Of a DNA stretch of 41,297 nt, positions 17,374 through 25,613 are shown one piece after another; position 1 is the stretch's first letter, and every line of letters starts with the position of its first letter. Source of the DNA: Acinetobacter phage APK86. Made by a program: the position numbers and the translations under genes. The stretch lies in the sequence record MZ936314.1, one strand, 5' to 3'. Below the pieces are notes generated by a model. That model did not search any database. It was not told where the DNA came from and saw nothing but the letters and a program-made list of their open reading frames with translations.

Positions 17374-18023
17374 TGAGTTATAAAGTCGGGTTAATTGGAC
17401 TTGCTGGGGCAGGTAAAGATACAGTAGCAGTTATCTTACAAGAGGCTTTAAAAGAAAGAGGTCAAGTGTTTGAAATTGATCGTTACGCAGGATTACTTAA
17501 GGAAACGGCGAAAGCTGTCTTCGGAGATAACTTTGATGATCGTGATGTGAAAGAAGTTATGGTCCCATTTAACGATAAACTCAAACGTAAGGCTAGTTAC
17601 GAACTATTATACCTTAGTGGGAAACTGAATCTTAATGTAATGCAGTGTTCCTTATATGCGGACTTATGCTTAGAACACTTTGCACACTTAGACGAAATTA
17701 GTCCTCGCCTATTCCAACAACTATTAGGTACAGAAGTAGGGCGTGCTATTGATCCTGATATTTGGGTTAATTATCTTAAGAATCAAGACCGTAACCTAAT
17801 CATCCCTGATGTTCGTTTTGGTAATGAAGATGTGGACTTCAATATTCTAATTACCCGACACCCTGTACCAAAAGGTAAACTACATGCATCTGAGGTATTC
17901 GCTGCTGAATTACAGCTATCTGATAACCCTTATGATTACGTAGATTATGTAATTCATAATGATGGTTCTATTGAAGACCTCAAACGTAAAGTTCAACAGT
18001 TAGTAAACAAAATTAAAGTTTAG
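17373..18023 (+). CDS. P-loop kinase, deoxynucleoside monophosphate kinase-like
   Basis: Walker A motif GLIGLAGAGKDT, of the T4 gp1 dNMP kinase type. 216 aa. Confidence 0.55.
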   Translation: MSYKVGLIGLAGAGKDTVAVILQEALKERGQVFEIDRYAGLLKETAKAVFGDNFDDRDVKEVMVPFNDKLKRKASYELLYLSGKLNLNVMQCSLYADLCLEHFAHLDEISPRLFQQLLGTEVGRAIDPDIWVNYLKNQDRNLIIPDVRFGNEDVDFNILITRHPVPKGKLHASEVFAAELQLSDNPYDYVDYVIHNDGSIEDLKRKVQQLVNKIKV

Positions 18024-18031
18024 GAGATATA

Positions 18032-20449
18032 ATGTCTGATCTATACCAACGCCAAGTAGCTCTTGAAGAATCATACAGTCACGATAGTATCATTGCTGGT
18101 CAGAAGCAAGTACTAGATGCATATCAGCAAGGACGTGCTGCGGACGTAGGTACAGGTCGTATCCTATTAGCTAAAGCCTTTGAAGTTGGTGTAGAAGCTT
18201 TAAATGCAGCTAAGAAACAAAAGATTCGCGGTATTGGCGGGAAATACTTAAAATTACTTTCTATCGCTGATCCCGAAGTTTTAGTAATGGCTGCATTACG
18301 TGATATTATTAATGCATGTGCTGTACCTGAACCAGTGTCTATGCAGAAAGTACTTACGGGTATTGGTCGTATGATTGAGTCAGAATCTATGTTGGTATTT
18401 ATGCAAGAGTTAAACCCTGCATATACTGACAAGACTATCCAGTATTTAGACAACACAGGTACAAAATCAGTTACCCACCGTTATCGTACATTCTTAGCAG
18501 GTTCTAAGTCTATTCAACTAGATTGGGAACAGTGGTCACAAGAGGAGCGTATAGGTGTAGCTAAGTTGTTGGTAAGTTGTTTATATGACGCTACAGGATT
18601 ATTCCAATGGGCTAAACTGGATAGCGGTATGTATCACATTAAAGCTTCTGAACCCTTAGCGAAACACTTTCAGGATGCAGCGAGTGCAGCGAGAGCAGTT
18701 GTTAAATACCCTCCTATGTTGATCAAACCTATGGATTGGGAAGGACAGTATAACGGTGGGTATTTAACTGAATGGTTTAAACATAACTCACCTATGTGTG
18801 GTATTCGCTTTATTAAGAAAGAGCACAAGCATTGGGTTATTGATAACTTAAACAATGGTGCAGAGCTAGTTAAGGCTGCAATGAATAAAGCACAGTCTGT
18901 ACCTTACAGGATCAATAAAGACATCTTAGCAATCTTACGTAAAGCAGTTGCTATGCGTGTAGGTATTTTAGGTTTACCAAGTTATCAACCTGCACCTAAA
19001 CCTGCATTTCCGTTTACTGAGGATTGGTTAAAGTCCGAGGCTACTCAGGAAGAATTAGATCAATTCCAATTCTGGAAAGGTTTAATGAGTTCATGGTATA
19101 CACAAGAAGCTAAACGTGTTGGTCGACAACACGGTATCTTAAGTCGTATTCAAGAACTGGTTAAATATCAGGACGAAGAACGTTTGTACTTTCCAACGTT
19201 TATTGATTGGCGAGGTCGTCTTTACTTCCGTAGTAGTATTAACCCACAATCGAATGATTGTATTAAAGGTTGTCTTGAGTTTGCAGAGGGTAAACCTCTC
19301 GGTAAAACAGGACTTAAATGGTTAAAGATTCATGTTGCAAACTGCTGTGGTTATGATAAACATGATCCTGATTTAAAGGAGAAATGGTGCGATGACAACT
19401 GGAACTACATTCAGAATTTTATCAATAACCCCCTTGATGTTGATGCCCCCGAACCTGACACAGCATTTACGCTACTACAAGCAGGCTTGGCATTACAATC
19501 TGCGTTGGAACTGGAAGACCCTACGACCTACGTATGTCATGTCCCTGTCGCTATGGATGCAACTTGTTCAGGTCTTCAACACTTATCTGCGCTCACTAGA
19601 GACGAAGTAGGTGGACTTTACACGAACTTATTAGACAACGGTGAAGACCAGAAGTCTGATATTTATATGCGTGTAGCGCACATAGCAGATGAGTCTAAAC
19701 TAGAATTAGCTGATTCTCCTGCTGTACGTCAGTATTGGGTGGATAAACCCATTAGTCGTAATATGGCGAAGAAACCTGTGATGACTTACGTATACGGTTC
19801 GAAGTTATTATCAACTATTCAAGGCTTAGCTAATGATATGTATGAAGCAGGTATGGATGAGATTCAGTTAGATGGTAAGACAGTCTTTACTTACAACCGA
19901 TTAGCTAAACCAGTTGGTAAGGCATTACGTAAAGGTGTCGAAGATACTGTACCTAAATCTGCTGAGATGATGAACTACTTGCAGAACGTTGTACGTAAAA
20001 ATAAAGCTGATGCTATGCGTTGGTTTAGTCCAGTAGGTGTTCCTGTTGTGAATTGGGCAGAAGGTATGGTGACTAAACTTGTAGCAATTCGTTCGATGGG
20101 AATCTCCAGAATTGCTTATAATTATCCAGATAACCAATATAATACCTTAAGAGCAGCTAACGGTATTGTACCTAACTTTGTACATAGTATGGATAGCAGT
20201 CACTTATGTTTAACTATCTTAGATTTCGATGGTCAAGTTCTACCAATTCACGACTCATTCGCAACCCATCCTAGTGATGTGGAAGCTATGCATGTGTCAT
20301 TACGTAAGACATTCATTGAAATGTATACACAATTCAGTATTGAAGACTTCTTAAAGTTTAACAATATTGATATTGAAGAGTACACACCACCACTTACAGG
20401 TAACTTAGAGTTATCGGAAATTTCTAAATCCCGTTATATGTTTGGTTAA
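18032..20449 (+). CDS. T7-like single-subunit DNA-dependent RNA polymerase
   Basis: Motifs DWRGRLYF, MDATCSGLQH and HDSFATH correspond to the T7 RNA polymerase motifs DWRGRVY, DGSCSGIQH and HDSFGT. 805 aa. Its position at the end of the replication block is phiKMV-like. Confidence 0.9.
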   Translation: MSDLYQRQVALEESYSHDSIIAGQKQVLDAYQQGRAADVGTGRILLAKAFEVGVEALNAAKKQKIRGIGGKYLKLLSIADPEVLVMAALRDIINACAVPEPVSMQKVLTGIGRMIESESMLVFMQELNPAYTDKTIQYLDNTGTKSVTHRYRTFLAGSKSIQLDWEQWSQEERIGVAKLLVSCLYDATGLFQWAKLDSGMYHIKASEPLAKHFQDAASAARAVVKYPPMLIKPMDWEGQYNGGYLTEWFKHNSPMCGIRFIKKEHKHWVIDNLNNGAELVKAAMNKAQSVPYRINKDILAILRKAVAMRVGILGLPSYQPAPKPAFPFTEDWLKSEATQEELDQFQFWKGLMSSWYTQEAKRVGRQHGILSRIQELVKYQDEERLYFPTFIDWRGRLYFRSSINPQSNDCIKGCLEFAEGKPLGKTGLKWLKIHVANCCGYDKHDPDLKEKWCDDNWNYIQNFINNPLDVDAPEPDTAFTLLQAGLALQSALELEDPTTYVCHVPVAMDATCSGLQHLSALTRDEVGGLYTNLLDNGEDQKSDIYMRVAHIADESKLELADSPAVRQYWVDKPISRNMAKKPVMTYVYGSKLLSTIQGLANDMYEAGMDEIQLDGKTVFTYNRLAKPVGKALRKGVEDTVPKSAEMMNYLQNVVRKNKADAMRWFSPVGVPVVNWAEGMVTKLVAIRSMGISRIAYNYPDNQYNTLRAANGIVPNFVHSMDSSHLCLTILDFDGQVLPIHDSFATHPSDVEAMHVSLRKTFIEMYTQFSIEDFLKFNNIDIEEYTPPLTGNLELSEISKSRYMFG

Positions 20450-20455
20450 TACTAA

Positions 20456-20498
20456 GCCCATGTGCCTTGAGCATGTGGGCTTTTTTTTTTTTTTTTTT
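20456..20498 (+). terminator. Rho-independent terminator after the RNA polymerase gene
   Basis: 10-bp stem GCCCATGTGC/GCATGTGGGC with loop CTTGA, followed by an 18-T run. Confidence 0.8.
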
Positions 20499-20518
20499 GA
20501 AGTTACACTTATAGAAGG
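20496..20518 (+). promoter_or_regulatory. Putative phage promoter, copy 1 of a tandem pair (TTTGAAGTTACACTTATAGAAGG)
   Basis: A 23-nt motif repeated 34 bp downstream and again at +439 bp. It immediately follows the terminator T-run. Confidence 0.5.
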
Positions 20519-20529
20519 GAAGAACCTTA

Positions 20530-20552
20530 TTTGAAGTTACACTTATAGAAGG
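20530..20552 (+). promoter_or_regulatory. Putative phage promoter, copy 2 of a tandem pair
   Basis: Identical 23-mer. It ends ...AGAAGGAGAGAAGGAATG, which overlaps the ribosome-binding site of the 65-aa ORF. Confidence 0.5.
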
Positions 20553-20561
20553 AGAGAAGGA

Positions 20562-20759
20562 ATGAGTGCAAGAGACATTCCATTATTCACTCAAGAGCAA
20601 TATGATTACTTAGATAAGTATTGTTTTGCAGAGAATACAGAACTACTTACACCAGAGGAATTAATCTATAAAACTGGTCAACGTAGTGTAATGTATAAGA
20701 TACAAACATTAATTAACCAACAAGGTCCTACATTGGTCCGTAATAATACATTCATTTAA
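20562..20759 (+). CDS. Small protein (65 aa), duplicated copy A. Its C-terminus was altered by the duplication junction.
   Basis: Identical to 21001..21198 for the first 60 residues, then NNTFI* versus KEIKR*. Confidence 0.45.
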   Translation: MSARDIPLFTQEQYDYLDKYCFAENTELLTPEELIYKTGQRSVMYKIQTLINQQGPTLVRNNTFI

Positions 20760-20934
20760 ATGTATAAACAATTTAGTATTTAAGATTTTTTAAAATTTAA
20801 AAATATTAAAATTAAAAAATAAACACCACCAATTATATGTAAATTAAATTTATTGGAAATTTTTAAATCCCTTTATATTTTTTGTTAATAATAAGCCCAT
20901 GTGTTTTGAGTATTTTGGTTTTTTTTTTTTTTTT

Positions 20935-20957
20935 TTTGAAGTTACACTTATAGAAGG
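20935..20957 (+). promoter_or_regulatory. Putative phage promoter (duplicate of 20496..20518)
   Basis: Identical 23-mer. Confidence 0.45.
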
Positions 20958-20968
20958 GAAGAACCTTA

Positions 20969-20991
20969 TTTGAAGTTACACTTATAGAAGG
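20969..20991 (+). promoter_or_regulatory. Putative phage promoter (duplicate of 20530..20552)
   Basis: Identical 23-mer. Confidence 0.45.
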
Positions 20992-21000
20992 AGAGAAGGA

Positions 21001-21198
21001 ATGAGTGCAAGAGACATTCCATTATTCACTCAAGAGCAATATGATTACTTAGATAAGTATTGTTTTGCAGAGAATACAGAACTACTTACACCAGAGGAAT
21101 TAATCTATAAAACTGGTCAACGTAGTGTAATGTATAAGATACAAACATTAATTAACCAACAAGGTCCTACATTGGTCCGTAAGGAGATTAAACGATGA
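21001..21198 (+). CDS. Small protein (65 aa), copy B, probably the ancestral copy
   Basis: ATGA overlap with the downstream gene at 21195. Confidence 0.55.
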   Translation: MSARDIPLFTQEQYDYLDKYCFAENTELLTPEELIYKTGQRSVMYKIQTLINQQGPTLVRKEIKR

Positions 21199-21446
21199 GC
21201 TGGTTAAGTAAGGCTTTAGGTAGTGTTATGAGTATATTTGGTATTGGTGGACAAGATGACCTCGGAAAGAAGTATGAGGAAGAAATGCGTCGTCAAGCAG
21301 AAGCTCAGAAACTACAACAAGCTAACGAACAGAAAGAAGTAACACAATTTGATGATACAGGAGGTACTACCTTCACAGGTGCAGATGGTCCTCGTAAGAA
21401 ACGACCTACAGGTGGTTATTCAAGCTTAGGGATTAATGCTTATTAG
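21195..21446 (+). CDS. Hypothetical protein (83 aa), first gene of the late region
   Basis: Translationally coupled ORF. Confidence 0.5.
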   Translation: MSWLSKALGSVMSIFGIGGQDDLGKKYEEEMRRQAEAQKLQQANEQKEVTQFDDTGGTTFTGADGPRKKRPTGGYSSLGINAY

Positions 21447-21454
21447 GAGGTTTT

Positions 21455-23011
21455 ATGAAGTCCAAAGGAAATGATTTTACAAAGACTATTCGAGCTTTGT
21501 ATGATGAATACACGGACGATTCTTTAAAAACAAGATTAGAAATGTATGCACTTTGGACTCTACCTAGCGTGTTCCCGACAGGTGAGATTACGGTAGATAA
21601 TGGAAATGCTGAGATTGAGCATGACTACCAAAGTGTAGGTGCATATCTAGTGAATCGGTTAGCGTCGCGTTTAGCGAGTACGTTATTTCCCGTAAGCACA
21701 TCTTTCTTTAGAATCGAACCTAGTCAAGAGTTGAAAGACTTAGTTGATAAACGTGGTACGAGTACCCTTATCGACTTAGAGAACAAAGCTTGTCGTCGTT
21801 TATTCTTTAACGCATCTTATGCGCAGATTGTGCAAGCACTGCGTTTACTTATTATCACTGGTGAAGTTTTATTACTTCGTAGAGATAATCGCCTACGTGT
21901 TTTTAGTTTAAAGAATTATGCGTTATTACGCAACAATGTAGGAGAAGTACTTGAGATCATCACACGAGAACCTAAACGTTATCGGGAATTAGATGCTGAA
22001 ACTCAGGAACTACTACAAGATCGTAACGAGGACGAGACCCTTGATCTTTATACTAGAATCCGTAAGCGTAATATCAATGGGGTAATCTCATGGAAGATTA
22101 CACAAGAAATAGATGGTGTACGTTTACCAAACTATGAAATCTATCGAGATAAGCTATGCCCATATATTCCTGTAACATGGAGTTATATGAATGGTGATGC
22201 TTATGGTCGTGGTTACGTAGAAGAGTACGCAGGTGACTTTGCTAAGTTATCTGAACTCTCACAAGGTTTAACAGAGTACCAGATTGAATCATTAATTATC
22301 CGTCATGTGTATAATGCACAGGGTGGTTTTGATGTAGAATCTGCTGTGAACTCACGTAACGGTGATTGGATTAGTGGTAACGTTAATGCTGTACAGAACT
22401 ATGAATCTGGATCATTCCAAAAGATGAATGAGATTCGGTTAGGTTTAGAAGCTATTATGCAACGTCTAAACGTAGCGTTCATGTACACAGGTAATATGCG
22501 AGAAGGTGATCGTGTCACAGCCTACGAGATTGCCCGTAATGCTGATGAAGCAGAGCAAGTTCTTGGTGGTGTGTACTCGCAACTATCTCAGAATATGCAT
22601 TTACCTTTAGCATATCTATTACTATATGAAGTTCGTAAAGACTTTATTCAGGCGATTGATAGACAAGAGATCGAATTAAATATTCTAACTGGTTTACAAG
22701 CATTATCACGTAGTTCAGAGAACCAAGCTTTATTAGTAGCAGCGAATGAGATTGCTACAGTTGCCCAAGTATTCTCACAAGTAAGTAAACGATTTAATCT
22801 TGATGCTATTGTAGACAAGATTCTACTTTCTAATGGTATTGATATTTCAGAGATTACATACAGTGAAGAAGAAATGAGAGCTAAGGCTATGGAAGAACAA
22901 CGTGCAGCAGAGGCACAGCGACAACAAGTAATACAACAAGCTGGCGCACAGTTAGGTGGTAATCAATTAGAAAATACACAGGCTGCTCAATTGGCAGCAG
23001 GTATTCAATAG
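21455..23011 (+). CDS. Portal (head-tail connector) protein
   Basis: 518 aa, in the first large position of the late region. The size and position match the T7 gp8 equivalent. AGGAGG ribosome-binding site. Confidence 0.7.
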   Translation: MKSKGNDFTKTIRALYDEYTDDSLKTRLEMYALWTLPSVFPTGEITVDNGNAEIEHDYQSVGAYLVNRLASRLASTLFPVSTSFFRIEPSQELKDLVDKRGTSTLIDLENKACRRLFFNASYAQIVQALRLLIITGEVLLLRRDNRLRVFSLKNYALLRNNVGEVLEIITREPKRYRELDAETQELLQDRNEDETLDLYTRIRKRNINGVISWKITQEIDGVRLPNYEIYRDKLCPYIPVTWSYMNGDAYGRGYVEEYAGDFAKLSELSQGLTEYQIESLIIRHVYNAQGGFDVESAVNSRNGDWISGNVNAVQNYESGSFQKMNEIRLGLEAIMQRLNVAFMYTGNMREGDRVTAYEIARNADEAEQVLGGVYSQLSQNMHLPLAYLLLYEVRKDFIQAIDRQEIELNILTGLQALSRSSENQALLVAANEIATVAQVFSQVSKRFNLDAIVDKILLSNGIDISEITYSEEEMRAKAMEEQRAAEAQRQQVIQQAGAQLGGNQLENTQAAQLAAGIQ

Positions 23012-23019
23012 GAGTATTT

Positions 23020-23880
23020 ATGAGTGAATTTAATACAGGTGGTCAAGGAAACCCTCAAGAAAATACACCACAAGGTGGACAAGGTAATCCAACACCACAA
23101 GAATTTAATCAAGGTGGACAAGGTAACTTCCAACAGCAATTTAACCCTAACTTTAATCAGGGTCAATTCGGGTTCCAACAGAACCAAGCTTATCAAACAC
23201 CACAAGTTAATCCGACACCTGCACCAGTTGAAGATAAAACGACTACTCAACCAGCTAAGGTATACACACCAGAAGATTTCGCAGGTGATAGTCCGTTGGA
23301 TGTTAGCATTAAGGTTGTATCGGCTAATGCTGGATTAAGTGAAGAAGCGTTCGGAGCAGCTATTAAGAATGCTGTACAGTACGGTAATGCTGACTTAATT
23401 GATATTGCAACATTAACTAAGGGTTTAGAACCTAATATTGCAGCGCAGGTGGTAGCCACGGCTCGTGCAGCTTATCAACATGCTACACAACTTAAAGCAC
23501 AAATCACACAGAAAGCACATACTGCTGCTGGCGGTGCTGAGCAGTGGCAAGAAGCTATTAACAGTTTTAACACATCCGCACCTCAAGATGTACGTGGTTA
23601 TGCCATTTACCTTGAGAGTATCGGTAAGCAAGATGAAGCTATCCAAGTTATTATGAACCATGTTCGAGGTACTGGTCTAGTTAATTCTAACAACGGTGCA
23701 TTGATCAATGGCAGTGCTGGTGGTACAGGCGGTAAAGCTATGTCACACCAAGAGTTCTTGGTCGAGTGGGGTAAATTAGATCGTCAATATGGACATCAAT
23801 TATACTCAAATAAAGAAGCACAATTAAAGATTGCTGATTTACAGCGTCGTCGTGCTTTAGGCAAACAACTAGGTATTTAA
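23020..23880 (+). CDS. Capsid assembly (scaffolding) protein
   Basis: 286 aa with a Q/N/G-rich low-complexity N-terminus. It sits between the portal and major capsid genes, like T7 gp9. Confidence 0.65.
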   Translation: MSEFNTGGQGNPQENTPQGGQGNPTPQEFNQGGQGNFQQQFNPNFNQGQFGFQQNQAYQTPQVNPTPAPVEDKTTTQPAKVYTPEDFAGDSPLDVSIKVVSANAGLSEEAFGAAIKNAVQYGNADLIDIATLTKGLEPNIAAQVVATARAAYQHATQLKAQITQKAHTAAGGAEQWQEAINSFNTSAPQDVRGYAIYLESIGKQDEAIQVIMNHVRGTGLVNSNNGALINGSAGGTGGKAMSHQEFLVEWGKLDRQYGHQLYSNKEAQLKIADLQRRRALGKQLGI

Positions 23881-23895
23881 TAGGAGATTTATAAT

Positions 23896-24927
23896 ATGGC
23901 TGGTGCTAATTACTTCGCAGATGGTTCAACACGATTTCATTGGGGTGGTGATGAATCTAATATCGACCAACATTTAGAAATTTATGAAGGTACGGTAGAT
24001 ACTCAGTTCGAGTATACACAAATTTTCAAATCATTGTCAACACAGAAATCTGTGGCTGAACGTTCTAACCAAATCCGTATTGACCGTTTAGGTGCTTCTC
24101 AAGCATTATACCGTCAATCTGGTGAAGACATTCTGGATCAACGTGTTAAGTCTGATAAACTTAACGTAGTTGTAGAGGCTATGCTTTACATCCGTAACCC
24201 TGTCGATAAGATGGATGAATGGACTTCACCTAGCTTCTGGACTGAGATGGGACGTAACAACGGTACTACTTTTGGCTTAGAGTACGACCAAGCACATATC
24301 ATCCGCTTACAGAAAGCCCCAGCTTGGACAGCACCAGCGCACTTGAAAGAGCATGGTGAGTTCCACGACGGCTTCTTCGTCCCTGTAACAATCAAAGGTG
24401 GTGATAACTTAACTGATGCTGAGTTAGAGCAAAATGCTTCTGCACTTGTTAAAGCTCATGCTAAGGCTCGTGATACATTAGCTAAACGTCGTGTACCTTT
24501 ACAGGACATGGTTACTTTAGTTGACGTAGATACGTTCTCAGCGTTGTTACATCATCCTAAGTTAATCAACAAGGATTACACAGCAGAAAACGGTGACTTT
24601 GCTAACCGTCGTGTGGTTAAAGTGAATGGTATCCCTGTAGTAGAGAATACTGCATTCCCTACAGCAGCTATTACTGGTCACGGTTTGTCTACCACTGAAA
24701 ATGGTAACGCATTCGACGTAACTGCGGAAGAGATTAAAGGTCGTATGATCATCTTCTCTAAAGCGTTATCTCTTGTGACTGTAACTGCTCAGGAATGGAC
24801 TGTTGAACCGTGGTATGACCCACGTTCTAAGTCTAAGATTCTTGACTGCTACTCTATGTTCACTGTAGATGTACGTCGTCCAGACACAGTTGGTGTTGTT
24901 CGTATTACTGAACAAGTTACACCTTAA
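23896..24927 (+). CDS. Major capsid protein
   Basis: 343 aa, the T7 gp10 size class, followed by a terminator. Strong ribosome-binding site TAGGAGATT. Confidence 0.75.
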   Translation: MAGANYFADGSTRFHWGGDESNIDQHLEIYEGTVDTQFEYTQIFKSLSTQKSVAERSNQIRIDRLGASQALYRQSGEDILDQRVKSDKLNVVVEAMLYIRNPVDKMDEWTSPSFWTEMGRNNGTTFGLEYDQAHIIRLQKAPAWTAPAHLKEHGEFHDGFFVPVTIKGGDNLTDAELEQNASALVKAHAKARDTLAKRRVPLQDMVTLVDVDTFSALLHHPKLINKDYTAENGDFANRRVVKVNGIPVVENTAFPTAAITGHGLSTTENGNAFDVTAEEIKGRMIIFSKALSLVTVTAQEWTVEPWYDPRSKSKILDCYSMFTVDVRRPDTVGVVRITEQVTP

Positions 24928-24939
24928 TAATAATAACAT

Positions 24940-24968
24940 GGAGGGCTTAACGGCTCTCCTTTCTATTT
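24940..24968 (+). terminator. Rho-independent terminator downstream of the major capsid gene
   Basis: Stem GGAGGGC/GCTCTCC with G·U pairs and loop TTAAC, followed by TTTCTATTT. Equivalent to T7 T-phi. Confidence 0.5.
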
Positions 24969-24982
24969 AGGAGATTCAAACT

Positions 24983-25168
24983 ATGGCAGGTGCATTATGT
25001 GAACCAATCGTATCTTTAGCTTTAACTCAAACTTCTGAGGATACAGCTATCGCAGATACACAAGCACAGATGGCTGCGTTATTAGAGCAGGTGCGTGCAT
25101 TACAGGCTAAGGTAGAAGAACAGGATAAAGCCCCAACACGTTCTAAGACAGCAACTAAAGCTGAGTAA
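24983..25168 (+). CDS. Small protein (61 aa) with an MAGA..PIVS.A.T N-terminus and a coiled-coil-like tail
   Basis: Its N-terminal motif is shared with the next ORF. Confidence 0.5.
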   Translation: MAGALCEPIVSLALTQTSEDTAIADTQAQMAALLEQVRALQAKVEEQDKAPTRSKTATKAE

Positions 25169-25179
25169 TAGGAGGTGAT

Positions 25180-25473
25180 ATGGCTGGTGCTATTAGTCCA
25201 CCGATTGTTTCAGAAGCTATTACAGGTGGTTCATCTGATCCACAGTTGGGTGCTATTCAAGCTTCTATTGATGAAATAAAGACTGCGGTTGCAGCAGTTA
25301 AAACGGTTGTGGATTCGAACAAGACAGAGATTGCTACAGTTAAGACTAACGTAGGAACTATTAATACGAATACCAATACAATCAAAACAGATGTCAGCAC
25401 TGTTAAGACTGACACAGCAACAATTAAGGCTGATGTAGCTGTTATTAAAACTAACACTACACCTGCTGGGTAA
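25180..25473 (+). CDS. Small protein (97 aa) sharing the paralogous N-terminus, with six heptad repeats of T[IV]KT[DN]xx
   Basis: MAGAISPPIVSEAIT... then TVKTNVG/TINTNTN/TIKTDVS/TVKTDTA/TIKADVA/VIKTNTT. Confidence 0.5.
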   Translation: MAGAISPPIVSEAITGGSSDPQLGAIQASIDEIKTAVAAVKTVVDSNKTEIATVKTNVGTINTNTNTIKTDVSTVKTDTATIKADVAVIKTNTTPAG

Positions 25474-25492
25474 ACTCGAAAGGGTTTACTTT
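25470..25492 (+). terminator. Hairpin with a GAAA tetraloop (GTAAACTC-GAAA-GGGTTTAC) followed by TTT; weak terminator or RNA-stability element
   Basis: 8-bp stem including one G·U pair. It overlaps the stop codon of the 97-aa ORF. Confidence 0.3.
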
Positions 25493-25613
25493 AAGATATG
25501 ATATTCAAACAATGATGATTGCAATAACCTTGCAGTGTGGGTACAAGCGTAATGGCTGGCTACGCATAATATCATATCTTAAAGTAAATCAACATAACAA
25601 GGAGGATGTACTT

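Larger units (their letters stand above)
20741..21179 (+). repeat. Second unit of a 439-bp tandem duplication. The first 195 bp are a GC-to-AT hypermutated relic of the RNA polymerase 3' end and terminator. The promoters and ORF are 100% identical.
   Basis: The alignment of 20302..20740 with 20741..21179 shows roughly four dozen substitutions, almost all G/C→A/T (one T→A), confined to the first part. The terminator stem is destroyed in copy B but the T-run is kept. Confidence 0.8.

Noticed and set aside
18124-20137. ORFs inside the RNA polymerase gene (18124..18456 −, 18670..18855 −, 19392..19610 +, 19925..20137 −)
   Set aside because: The RNA polymerase frame carries all the T7 polymerase motifs. 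These are shadows.
23005-23661. ORFs overlapping the scaffolding gene (23005..23250 −, 23024..23338 +, 23247..23459 −, 23425..23661 −, 23465..23656 +)
   Set aside because: They are alternative-frame or antisense products of the repetitive Q/N-rich scaffold coding sequence. The 23020..23880 frame has a ribosome-binding site and is the expected length.
24186-25457. Minus-strand ORFs 24186..24395 and 25257..25457
   Set aside because: They are antisense to the capsid gene and to the heptad-repeat protein gene. The latter is a low-complexity mirror of the TVKT repeats.
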